DNA of 34,067 nt from Candidatus Sungbacteria bacterium RIFCSPHIGHO2_01_FULL_50_25 (GTDB lineage: Bacteria; Patescibacteriota; Minisyncoccia; Sungbacterales; HO2-52-23): assembly GCA_001822215.1 (NCBI GenBank), contig MHQD01000032.1:1-34067 (forward strand). Reading direction: 5' to 3'. Below are positions 1 through 7,541 of the stretch, in pieces. Within the stretch, counting starts at the first letter, position 1. Each line of letters starts with the position of its first letter. Made by a program: the position numbers and the translations under genes. The notes under the pieces were generated by a model that did not search any database, was not told where the DNA came from, and saw only the letters and a program-made list of their open reading frames with translations.

Positions 1-1692
1 GTCTGAGTTTGCGGCATTAAGCTCAAATGTTTTTCCAAATCCTCCTCCTGAGAGGGTGACTGTGAGAACTCCAGCATTGTTTGCAAGTCCTGTGCCAAGG
101 AGGTTTGTGAAGTGCTCGGAGTTGATCCTGATCGCGCCCACGTTCTGGGTGCCTGTGGTGGTGGCTTGGGTGGATGTGGAGTATTTGGCAAATATTCCTT
201 CGAATGTGCTTGATGCGGATGTGGTCAGGAGTCCTACGGTTGAGGTGGGAGAAAGCGAGATCTGGCCCAAAGAGTTTGCGGCGTTGAGTTCAAATGTTTT
301 TCCGAATGTGGCGCCTGACTGGGTCACGCATCCTGACCCTGTGGTGGAAACCACTCCCTGGTTTGAGATCTGGAGGCAGTTGGTGCCTGTGTTTCCGAGG
401 TTCGAGATAGTGAGGAGGGAGGTAGAAGCAAGGGTGGAGATTGAGATATATGAGGTTGTTGCCTCTGTTGAAGTCGAACGAGAAGACGAAAGCCCAAGAA
501 TTGTCGAAGACGCATAATTTATAATGATTCCTACGGTTGAAGTCGGTGTGATAGAGCCACCCGTGGCAGTAAATTGCCAATTCGAAACGCCGGAAACATC
601 AGCACCGCACAAAAACTTACCGGATGTAGAATTGTATAAAACCGTTTGCGACTCAGCGGAACAATCGCCAAAATCGGATTGGAAAAAACCGTTCGAAACT
701 GACAGACGCGACGTACTCGCGTTTACTAGAACCGCAAAGTATGACGTGGTCGCTTGTGTTGAAGTCGAAAGAAGAGAAGTGAGATAAGAAACAGTCGAAG
801 AAGCACTCACAATCATTCCGATTGTCGAAGTCGGAGTGATATATGCATTTGATGCAATCGTAGTCCAAATATATTCTCCCGTGCCCTCTCCAACCGCATC
901 GGCACCGCAAGTAAATTTTCCGGTTGAAGAATTATATAAAACGTTTTGCGATTCCGTCGAACAGTCCCCCAGCCCTCCTTGGAAAAATCCGTTTGAGATA
1001 GTGAGTTCAGACGAAGATGCAGAACCGCTCCCGGAAATGACAAAAAGATTTGTCGCAGTCGAATTCTGAATTTGGAAAAGATTTGCGCTCTGGCCCAAGG
1101 CACCGCGAACTGAAACAGGAATAACCGCAGACGAAGTTGCCTCGATAGTAAGAAGCGACCTCCCGATTGCGGAAGTCGTACCAAGACGCGATTGGGTGCT
1201 GGTCGAAAGAAGCGTATCGGCGACAAGCGCAAACGCAGTTGAGTTAATCCGGTGTCTGGGGCTAAGCGTTTCCCATGACGCGGTTGAACTGTTATACACC
1301 TCCACTTGCAGATAGACTTCATCTCGCGAAGAGAAATCATAATCAAGCACGTCGGAACATTCGTTCGAATCCCCAACGTTCGCGTTAAACACGCCCTCCT
1401 TCACCACAAGCGAATGCGTGCACGGATCAGCAGATCCAGACGGCCATACGCGCGAACCACCGCTTGCGGCGGTGTAGAGTGAAAAACGGAAGTTGTAATT
1501 TGTTCCTAACCCTCCAAGAAGATTTCCGCTCGAATCAGCAAGTCGACCCTGGTAGCTTAAGATACGCGGAACCCCGGGAGCCGCAATCGACGTTATAGCA
1601 AATAGCGGCAAGAGAAGAACAAATAACCCCGCAGGAATTAGGAGAAATTTCTTCGAAAAAAAGCGAATTGTAGAGAGGATATTTCGCTTCAC
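1..1692 (-). CDS. large secreted/cell-surface repeat protein, N-terminal part (C-terminus lies beyond window start)
   Basis: I checked triplet by triplet and the minus-strand frame has no stop from 1 to 1707. It is absent from the supplied track because its stop is off-window. GTG at 1692-1690 is preceded by an in-frame TAA (1710-1708). The N-terminus VKRNILSTIRFFSKKFLLIPAGLFVLLLPLFAITSIAAPG looks like a signal peptide or TM anchor. It is followed by PRILSYQGRLADSSGNLL...FRFSLYTAASGGSRVWP and S/T/G-rich ~100-aa repeats carrying SNGFFQ..GDCS.ESQ.VLYNS.SGKF.CGAD. Track ORFs 56..517, 524..787, 836..1069 (+) and 290..580, 653..910, 813..1376 (-) are off-frame shadows of this gene. Confidence 0.75.
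   Translation of the reverse strand, partial: MKRNILSTIRFFSKKFLLIPAGLFVLLLPLFAITSIAAPGVPRILSYQGRLADSSGNLLGGLGTNYNFRFSLYTAASGGSRVWPSGSADPCTHSLVVKEGVFNANVGDSNECSDVLDYDFSSRDEVYLQVEVYNSSTASWETLSPRHRINSTAFALVADTLLSTSTQSRLGTTSAIGRSLLTIEATSSAVIPVSVRGALGQSANLFQIQNSTATNLFVISGSGSASSSELTISNGFFQGGLGDCSTESQNVLYNSSTGKFTCGADAVGEGTGEYIWTTIASNAYITPTSTIGMIVSASSTVSYLTSLLSTSTQATTSYFAVLVNASTSRLSVSNGFFQSDFGDCSAESQTVLYNSTSGKFLCGADVSGVSNWQFTATGGSITPTSTVGIIINYASSTILGLSSSRSTSTEATTSYISISTLASTSLLTISNLGNTGTNCLQISNQGVVSTTGSGCVTQSGATFGKTFELNAANSLGQISLSPTSTVGLLTTSASSTFEGIFAKYSTSTQATTTGTQNVGAIRINSEHFTNLLGTGLANNAGVLTVTLSGGGFGKTFELNAANSD
590..1010. repeat. imperfect tandem repeat units (~300 bp = 100 aa) inside the surface-protein gene
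   Basis: 604-700 (ccgcacaaaaacttaccggatgtagaattgtataaaaccgtttgcgactcagcggaaca...) realigns with 904-1000 (ccgcaagtaaattttccggttgaagaattatataaaacgttttgcgattccgtcgaaca...) at a 300-bp offset. A weaker third unit recurs near 21-42 and 289-310 (caaatgtttttcc). Confidence 0.7.
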
Positions 1693-2043
1693 AAGTATGC
1701 GTATATTTTATCATGGGTTTTTCGCGTACCTATCACGCTTTGCTGTGGAAAAAATGTATTCAAAATACGTACCTTTTTCGTAAATATGATTTATGCACCA
1801 AACATATATAAACCTTACTATTAAAATAATTATTCTTGTAAGGTTTATCCGGCTTAACTGAAATAAAATTATTTTTTGCTGTTTTGAAAGCAGAATTTTA
1901 TTTGTGAAAAGTGATCAATTCCGCCCTTGACAGGTTTCCGTCAAATCAAATCTATGCGAAAATCCAAACAAAATAACCGCATGTCGGCGGCTACATCTTT
2001 TCTATAAAAATATCAGAATGACTGAAAAATCAGGATTCTAGAT

Positions 2044-2154
2044 ATCAGTTAGAACGCATATGCTCCCCGTGCCGGCATACTTGCTTTTCAGGCGAGCACA
2101 CCCTTTCGCTTTCATCGACGAAAGCCAGGGCTATATTTAAACTTTCTAACCGGA
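2044..2154. repeat. possible degenerate member of the GTTAGAA...TTCTAAC inverted-repeat element family (copy E)
   Basis: Termini are atCAGTTAGAACgc (2044-2057) and acTTTCTAACCGGa (2142-2154). The 111-bp length is similar to copies A-C. There is an internal hairpin CTTTCG...CGAAAG. No flanking direct repeat is present and the termini are diverged. Confidence 0.3.
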
Positions 2155-2310
2155 GAGGGCGAGATTCAAATTCGCGATGCCGGTAAACCCCGTTAGAACG
2201 GGCGCTTTGCGAATACGCTCGCGGGAACATTCCACTCCCGCGGGCGATCGGGGGACGACCGCCGACTGGAGTCGGCGGCGCTCTAACGGGGTAAAGGTAT
2301 ACCTGCTTTT
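2151..2310 (-). pseudogene. 3' fragment of a class-II (Ser-like) tRNA, split in its variable arm by element A
   Basis: Plus strand 2151-2187 (cggagagggcgagattcaaattcgcgatgccggtaaa) joined to 2296-2310 (ggtatacctgc...) aligns with the intact tRNA-Ser at 2363-2410 (cggaggcgagaggattcgaacctctgataccggtaaaggcatactcgc). The acceptor 3' strand, T-arm (gcgag/ttcgc versus agagg/cctct) and variable arm are all recognisable. I could not find a matching 5' acceptor, D-arm or anticodon arm. Confidence 0.55.
2188..2291. mobile_element. MITE-like inverted-repeat element, copy A (104 bp)
   Basis: Termini are CCCCGTTAGAAC (2188-2199) and GCTCTAACGGGG (2280-2291), an 11/12 inverted match. It is flanked by direct TAAA (2184-2187 and 2292-2295). 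Internal hairpins are CGCGGGA-9nt-TCCCGCG (2220-2242) and CCGCCGAC-TGGA-GTCGGCGG (2259-2278). Removing the element plus one TAAA restores colinearity with the neighbouring tRNA-Ser. Confidence 0.6.
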
Positions 2311-2362
2311 ATGCACTTTTTTGCGGTCGTAAAAACTCGGGTTGTTTGTATAACGTCATCAG

Positions 2363-2449
2363 CGGAGGCGAGAGGATTCGAACCTCTGATACCGGTAAAG
2401 GCATACTCGCTTTCCAAGCGAGCGCACTAGGCCACTATGCGACGCCTCC
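2363..2449 (-). tRNA. tRNA-Ser (anticodon GGA), class II with long variable arm
   Basis: Manual fold of the reverse complement: acceptor GGAGGCG/CGCCTCC, U8, D-stem GCA/TGC with an AGTGG loop, and anticodon stem CTCGC/GCGAG with loop TTGGAAA. The variable arm is ATGCC-TTTAC-GGTAT, the T-arm is AGAGG-TTCGAAT-CCTCT and the discriminator is G. CCA is not encoded. Confidence 0.85.
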
Positions 2450-2474
2450 GCTGAGGATATTAATATATGTGCAA

Positions 2475-2507
2475 CCCGTTAAAAGCAAAGCAGTTTGCTT
2501 CTAACCC
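2475..2507. repeat. short hairpin with element-like arms (copy F)
   Basis: CCCGTTAAAAGCAAA-GCAG-TTTGCTTCTAACCC forms a 12-bp stem with one mismatch. The arms resemble the termini of copy C (CCCGTTAGAAGC). The right arm overlaps a tRNA D-loop-like fragment, so assignment to the family is ambiguous. Confidence 0.35.
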
Positions 2508-2590
2508 ACTATGCGACCTTTCCGATTTGGAAGCTCAAGGAATAACCCGCAAAAAAATGAAAACATCTATTCTGGCACTATGCGACTTTA
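2506..2590 (-). repeat. two extra partial copies of the 5' acceptor/D-arm segment of tRNA-Ser
   Basis: CACTATGCGAC occurs at 2433-2443 (inside the tRNA), 2507-2517 and 2576-2586. Read on the minus strand, copy 2 is GGAAAGGTCGCATAGTGGG, compared with GGAGGCGTCGCATAGTGGC in the tRNA. Neither extra copy continues into a foldable tRNA. Confidence 0.5.
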
Positions 2591-2599
2591 AAAAAACCG

Positions 2600-3520
2600 T
2601 TACTGCTTTTCAACTCTCATTCCAAGAAGCACGTTAACTCGTTCTTCAATCGGAGGATGTGTTGAGAATATCCGCACGATCCACGGCATCTTTTGTCCTA
2701 CTACTCGGTCAGCACCAAATGGATTTTCTAAAAATAGATGTGCGGTCGCGTTTGACGCGGTGCGAAGCGGCCGGGAATATGCGCTGATTTTTCTCAAGGC
2801 AGACGCAAGCCCCTCCGGGTAGCGCGTCAAAAGCGCTCCCGATGCATCCGCAAGAAATTCGCGCCTCCGGGAAATCGCAAAATGAAGAAGCTGCGCGATT
2901 ATCGGCGCAAGAATTGAAATCACAAGTCCAAAAAGAAGAAAAACAGCTCCTGCTCTCCCTCGATCGTTATCGCTTCCAAAACTTCGAAACAGCATGGAGC
3001 GCGTAAACATGTCGGACAAAACAGCTACAAACCCTACAAGCACTACTGCAACGGTTGAAACAAGCATGTCGCGATTACCGATGTGCGAGAGTTCATGCGC
3101 GAGCACTCCCTCAAGCTCCGAACGATCAAGAATTTCCAAGAGTCCGGTTGTTACAACAACAACTGCGTGCTTCGCATTCCGGCCCGTTGCAAATGCATTG
3201 GGTGCCACGTCGTCAATAATGAAGAAACGCGGCATGGGGAGGCCCGCAGTAATCGAAAGATTTTCTAGAATGCGGTAGAGCTCGGGATGCTCTTTCATCT
3301 CGATTGGTTTTGCGCGGTGCATTGCAAGAACAAGCTTATCAGAAAACCAGTAGCTGGCCACATTCATGAAAACGCTGAAAAACACCGCAATATATAGTAT
3401 TCCCGGATTGCCATATGCCTGGGCGAAAACCCATCCCACTCCGATGACAATGCCGAAAAAAGCCGTCATCAAGAGCCATGTTTTCCAAATATTGTATGTG
3501 CGCTGTGTATATAATGTCAT
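2600..3520 (-). CDS. htpX: M48-family membrane zinc protease HtpX
   Basis: 306-aa ORF with several hydrophobic helices and the HExxH motif in VLAHELSHIGNRD. The N-terminus and overall length are HtpX-like. Confidence 0.9.
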   Translation of the reverse strand: MTLYTQRTYNIWKTWLLMTAFFGIVIGVGWVFAQAYGNPGILYIAVFFSVFMNVASYWFSDKLVLAMHRAKPIEMKEHPELYRILENLSITAGLPMPRFFIIDDVAPNAFATGRNAKHAVVVVTTGLLEILDRSELEGVLAHELSHIGNRDMLVSTVAVVLVGFVAVLSDMFTRSMLFRSFGSDNDRGRAGAVFLLFGLVISILAPIIAQLLHFAISRRREFLADASGALLTRYPEGLASALRKISAYSRPLRTASNATAHLFLENPFGADRVVGQKMPWIVRIFSTHPPIEERVNVLLGMRVEKQ

Positions 3521-3534
3521 GAAATATGTGTAAA

Positions 3535-3637
3535 TTCCGTTAGAACAGGCGCTTCGCGATCGGCTGATGGGAGCAGTATACTCCCGTAAGCTTATTCTAT
3601 CTCCACCGCCGACTCTGTCGGCGGCGTTCTAACGGGG
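3535..3637. mobile_element. MITE-like inverted-repeat element, copy B (103 bp)
   Basis: Termini are TTCCGTTAGAAC (3535-3546) and GTTCTAACGGGG (3626-3637). It is flanked by direct TAAA (3531-3534 and 3638-3641). It is colinear with copy A: a shared GGCGCTTYGCGA block, a GGGAG-7nt-CTCCC hairpin (3569-3585) and CCGCCGA-CTCTG-TCGGCGG (3606-3624). Confidence 0.6.
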
Positions 3638-3730
3638 TAAAAAGTTTTCCCCAAAATTATATCAGAAATTTCCTTCCCCCGCAATCCCCCGCTGTGGTAC
3701 CATTGCTATACTATAGCAGTCTCACACAAA

Positions 3731-4639
3731 ATGATCAGGGAAAGAAAAATTGACGGCATCTCTTGGATCTCGATTGTGCACCCGGGGAAAAAAGACATTG
3801 ATACGCTCCGCAACCAATTCCCCGATATCCACCCCTTGATCCTTGAAGACCTTCGCACACCAACCATCCGGCCTCTTTCCGAAAACTACGAACGGGAAAT
3901 TTATATGGTCATGCATTTCCCGACTATCATTTCTGGAAAGAATAAAGTTCACGCGCGAGAAATTGATTTTATCCTAAGGAAAAGAATACTCGTCACGGTC
4001 CAATACGATTCGATTCCTGAGCTTGAAGAAATTTGGAACGAATCTGAACATGAGACAACCGAGCAATACGGAAAAACACCCGCGCATCTTCTCTACTATC
4101 TTCACAAGCGGTTTTTCTCGCGCGCGCTTACGGATCTTGACCAAATACAAGCGGAGATCGACAAGGCAGAAGAAGAAGTATTTGCAGGCCGAGAAAAAGA
4201 AATATTTACCGATATCACGCTTCTCCGAAGAGACGTTCTTGATTATTCCAGGACAATGAAACCCCAGCGAATGGCGCTCGAATCCCTGCTTGAACAGGGA
4301 ACCGAACTCTATGGCGAGCTCGCGCGCCCCTTTTTCAGCGGAACATTGTCAGAATACATCCGCGTCGCAAATCTCATCGAAAACCACAAGGAGGCGCTCG
4401 ATGCGCTTTACGATACCGCGTCTTCCCAGCTTGCGACAAAGACAAACGAAATCATGCGGGTATTTACCATCCTTGCATTCATCAGTTTCATCCCTACCGT
4501 AGTCGCAAATATTTACGGAATGAATGTCGTAAACATTCCTTTTTCAGACCACCCAATCGCGTTCTGGATTGTCATCGGATTTATGATTATTACGACTGTG
4601 GCGATCTACCTTGTACTCAAATGGCGGAAACTTGTATAA
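3731..4639 (+). CDS. corA: CorA-family magnesium/cobalt transporter
   Basis: 302 aa, with two C-terminal TM helices and the CorA signature YGMN (VANIYGMNVVNIPF). Confidence 0.9.
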   Translation: MIRERKIDGISWISIVHPGKKDIDTLRNQFPDIHPLILEDLRTPTIRPLSENYEREIYMVMHFPTIISGKNKVHAREIDFILRKRILVTVQYDSIPELEEIWNESEHETTEQYGKTPAHLLYYLHKRFFSRALTDLDQIQAEIDKAEEEVFAGREKEIFTDITLLRRDVLDYSRTMKPQRMALESLLEQGTELYGELARPFFSGTLSEYIRVANLIENHKEALDALYDTASSQLATKTNEIMRVFTILAFISFIPTVVANIYGMNVVNIPFSDHPIAFWIVIGFMIITTVAIYLVLKWRKLV

Positions 4640-4649
4640 TACCGCCACA

Positions 4650-6065
4650 ATGATTCGGCTATACAATACGCTCACGCGAAAAATCGAAGATTTTAAACCC
4701 ATCCGGAAAGGACGGGTCGGTTTATACACCTGCGGGCCAACGGTCTATAATTTCGCTCACATAGGAAACCTGCGCACATATATATTTGAGGATATCCTTC
4801 GCCGGACACTCGAATACTCCGGATATAATGTTACGCACGTCATGAACATCACGGATGTCGGGCATTTGACGTCAGATGCGGACGCGGGCGAGGACAAGCT
4901 TGAAAAAGGCGCAAAACGCGAAGGGAAAACCGTCTGGGATATTGCGCGCTTCTATACGCGCGCGTTTCTCAAAGATATCCGCGCGCTTAATATCAAACGG
5001 GCGCAAAACATCGTCCCCGCGACATCCGCAATACGAGAACAGATTGCCGTCATAAAGAAACTTTTCGCCGGCGGCTTTGCATACGAAACACCCGAGGCCG
5101 TTTATTTTGACGTGTCAAAATTTAGGAATTATACAAAACTTTCCCGCCAGCGCCTTGAGGAAAAAAAAGCGGGCGCACGCGCCGAAGTCATCGAAGACCC
5201 GGGGAAAAAACATCCGCAGGATTTCGCGCTCTGGTTCAAGCGCGTCGGAAAGTTCAAAAACCACGTGATGCATTGGAATTCGCCCTGGGGTGACGGATTT
5301 CCGGGCTGGCACATTGAGTGCTCCGCAATCTCAACTTCGCGGCTCGGCCAGCCTTTTGACATCCACACGGGCGGAGTGGATCATATTGCGGTGCACCACA
5401 CGAACGAAATTGCGCAGTCAGAAGGCGCATTCAAAAAACCTCTTGCGCGATTCTGGATGCACGGCGAATTTCTCCTTGTCGCGGATTCAAAAATGGCAAA
5501 ATCAGCGGGAACGTTTCTTACGCTTCAAGAACTTGAAAAAAAAGGATTTAATCCGCTTGCATTCCGCTATCTTGTCCTCACCTCGCATTATCGCTCAAAA
5601 TTGAATTTTACATGGGAATCGCTTCGGGCGGCAGAACACTCCCTTGAGCGGGTCCGTAGTTTTATCAAAACACTCCTCTCGGAAAGAAAAAAACCAAAAC
5701 ACCCTGTCTCTCTCGAAAAATATAGAAGCCAGTTTGACGATGCGCTCAAAAGCGATCTCCAAACCCCGCAGGCGCTTTCAGTACTTTGGAAAATCATCAG
5801 CGATTACAACACGCAATCGGAGTCGTTCGACGCAAAAAAGATTCTCGCGCTTCTCTACGATTTTGATCAAGTCCTTGGGCTTCATTTTACCGCAATCAAA
5901 AAAGACGCTATCCCGGAAACAATACGCGATATGGCAATGAAACGCGAGGTAGCGCGCAGGAATAAGGATTGGGATAAAGCCGACAAATTCCGCGCCAAAA
6001 TTGAAACAGCGGGATTTGTTATATTCGATACCCCAGACGGTTCAAAACTCCGAAAGAAACAATAA
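4650..6065 (+). CDS. cysS: cysteine--tRNA ligase
   Basis: HIGH motif (AHIGNLRT), KMSKS motif (KMAKSAG) and a CysRS-type N-terminus MIRLYNTLTRKIEDFKP. The track ORF starts at 4611 and overlaps corA. The ATG at 4650 gives the conserved N-terminus. Confidence 0.93.
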   Translation: MIRLYNTLTRKIEDFKPIRKGRVGLYTCGPTVYNFAHIGNLRTYIFEDILRRTLEYSGYNVTHVMNITDVGHLTSDADAGEDKLEKGAKREGKTVWDIARFYTRAFLKDIRALNIKRAQNIVPATSAIREQIAVIKKLFAGGFAYETPEAVYFDVSKFRNYTKLSRQRLEEKKAGARAEVIEDPGKKHPQDFALWFKRVGKFKNHVMHWNSPWGDGFPGWHIECSAISTSRLGQPFDIHTGGVDHIAVHHTNEIAQSEGAFKKPLARFWMHGEFLLVADSKMAKSAGTFLTLQELEKKGFNPLAFRYLVLTSHYRSKLNFTWESLRAAEHSLERVRSFIKTLLSERKKPKHPVSLEKYRSQFDDALKSDLQTPQALSVLWKIISDYNTQSESFDAKKILALLYDFDQVLGLHFTAIKKDAIPETIRDMAMKREVARRNKDWDKADKFRAKIETAGFVIFDTPDGSKLRKKQ

Positions 6066-6168
6066 TTCGCGATTTCCCCAGCTTCTCCATCTGTCTTCCA
6101 GAGACCGATGTTGCATTCATTCCCTGCTGCGCGCTATGCTTTAGGGAGGATTTTTTCTCATCATCTTT

Positions 6169-7533
6169 ATGCAAAACTCCGAAAGGAAACCTGTCGAGAT
6201 TCGCATGCCTCCGCAGAATATCGAAGCGGAGATGTCGGTACTCGGGTCTTTGATGCTCGATAAGGACTCGATTTTCAAGGTGGCTGATTTTTTGACACCG
6301 AAAGATTTTTATAAGCCAATCCACGCCGATATCTATGAGACAATGTCCGACCTCATGCAGAGGCGAGAGCCGATTGATATTGTAAGCGTTACAAACCGCC
6401 TGAAAGAGCAAGGGGGACTCGACGGAGTCGGAGGATCGAGCTATCTTGCATCGCTCGTAAACACCGTTCCGACCGCATCACACGTTGCGCACTATGCCTC
6501 GATTGTGAAAAAGAAGCGGCTCTTGCGGGACCTCATTGACGCATCCCAGCATATCATCGAACTCGGATATAGAGAAACTGACGACGTCGATACAATAATT
6601 GACGAGGCGGAGCAGCGGATTTTTGCCGTCGCGCGCGGAACGATCAAACAAGAATTTCAAGCAGTCCATACCGCGCTCGCCGAGGCGTGGGACAGGATCG
6701 AGCGCCTTCATAAGGACGACGGAATGCTCCACGGCATTCCCACGGGTTTCCCTGATCTCGATAATTATCTCGCTGGCCTTCAGCGTTCCGACCTTATCGT
6801 ACTTGCCGCGCGGCCGAGCCTCGGGAAAACGGCACTCGCATTGAATATTTGCCGTAACGTCGCGATTGACCATAAAAAGGCGGTTGCCCTTTTCAGCCTT
6901 GAGATGTCGAAAGAACAGCTCGTCGACCGCCTCATCGCGTCAGAAGCGAACGTCGACCTTTGGCGCCTGCGCACGGGGCGGCTCCGAGAGGACCAAAATG
7001 AATTCTCGCAGATCCGTGATGCAATGAGCGTCTTATCGGACGCGCCGCTATACCTTGATGATTCGCCGTCGCTTTCGGTGATGGATATTCGCGCAAAGGC
7101 GCGCCGCTTCCAGGCAGAGCGCGACCTCGGGCTTGTCATGATCGACTATCTCCAGCTCATCCAGGGCACAGGACGAGTGGAGTCCCGCGTACAAGAGGTT
7201 TCCGAGATATCCCGGGCGCTCAAAGCAATGGCAAAGGAACTCAATGTGCCGGTTCTTGCGGTTTCCCAGCTTTCCCGCGCAGTCGAGATGCGCCCGTCGT
7301 CCCGCCCGAAACTTTCTGATTTGCGCGAGTCGGGGTCAATCGAACAGGACGCTGACGTCGTCATGTTTATCTATCGGGAAGACAAAGTGCGCGAAAACTC
7401 CGACAAAAAAAACATTGCGGAAATACTTATTGAGAAGCATCGGAACGGCCCCACGGGAAAAATCGACCTCTATTTCCATGAGGAAACTGCGTCTTTCCGC
7501 TCGATTGATAAACACTACGATAGCGCCGTATAA
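6169..7533 (+). CDS. dnaB: replicative DNA helicase DnaB
   Basis: 454 aa with the DnaB N-terminal domain (PPQNIEAEMSVLGSLML), Walker A (ARPSLGKT) and the RecA-like core (LVMIDYLQLI, SQLSRAVE). The length leaves no room for an intein. Confidence 0.93.
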   Translation: MQNSERKPVEIRMPPQNIEAEMSVLGSLMLDKDSIFKVADFLTPKDFYKPIHADIYETMSDLMQRREPIDIVSVTNRLKEQGGLDGVGGSSYLASLVNTVPTASHVAHYASIVKKKRLLRDLIDASQHIIELGYRETDDVDTIIDEAEQRIFAVARGTIKQEFQAVHTALAEAWDRIERLHKDDGMLHGIPTGFPDLDNYLAGLQRSDLIVLAARPSLGKTALALNICRNVAIDHKKAVALFSLEMSKEQLVDRLIASEANVDLWRLRTGRLREDQNEFSQIRDAMSVLSDAPLYLDDSPSLSVMDIRAKARRFQAERDLGLVMIDYLQLIQGTGRVESRVQEVSEISRALKAMAKELNVPVLAVSQLSRAVEMRPSSRPKLSDLRESGSIEQDADVVMFIYREDKVRENSDKKNIAEILIEKHRNGPTGKIDLYFHEETASFRSIDKHYDSAV

Positions 7534-7541
7534 AAATAGAA

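Noticed and set aside
56-1376. Track ORFs 56..517, 524..787, 836..1069 (+) and 290..580, 324..515, 653..910, 813..1376 (-)
   Set aside because: All lie inside the 1..1692 minus-strand open frame, in other frames. Their translations are repetitive or low-complexity mirror images of the repeat protein, with no start or terminator context.
2195-2210. TTCTAAC as the anticodon loop of an amber-suppressor (CUA) tRNA
   Set aside because: The heptamer fits the Y-U-NNN-R-N loop pattern. However, the flanking bases give a G-G clash at the closing pair, and no D-arm, T-arm or acceptor cloverleaf can be drawn around any copy. Long-range pairing of the two termini explains the motif better.
2188-2291. 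GTTAGAA / TTCTAAC termini as integron attC core sites (GTTRRRY / RYYYAAC)
   Set aside because: In attC the order is RYYYAAC...GTTRRRY, whereas here it is GTTAGAA...TTCTAAC. The heptamers also do not fit the R/Y pattern at the outer position. No integron integrase or cassette array is present.
4611-4649. Longer start for cysS (4611). The same issue applies to TTG 20127 for ftsK and to 14487 for the membrane protein.
   Set aside because: The extensions overlap the upstream gene or a terminator T-run, or leave no room for the divergent promoter. They also add non-conserved residues, and internal ATGs restore the canonical N-termini, with an SD in the 14391 case.
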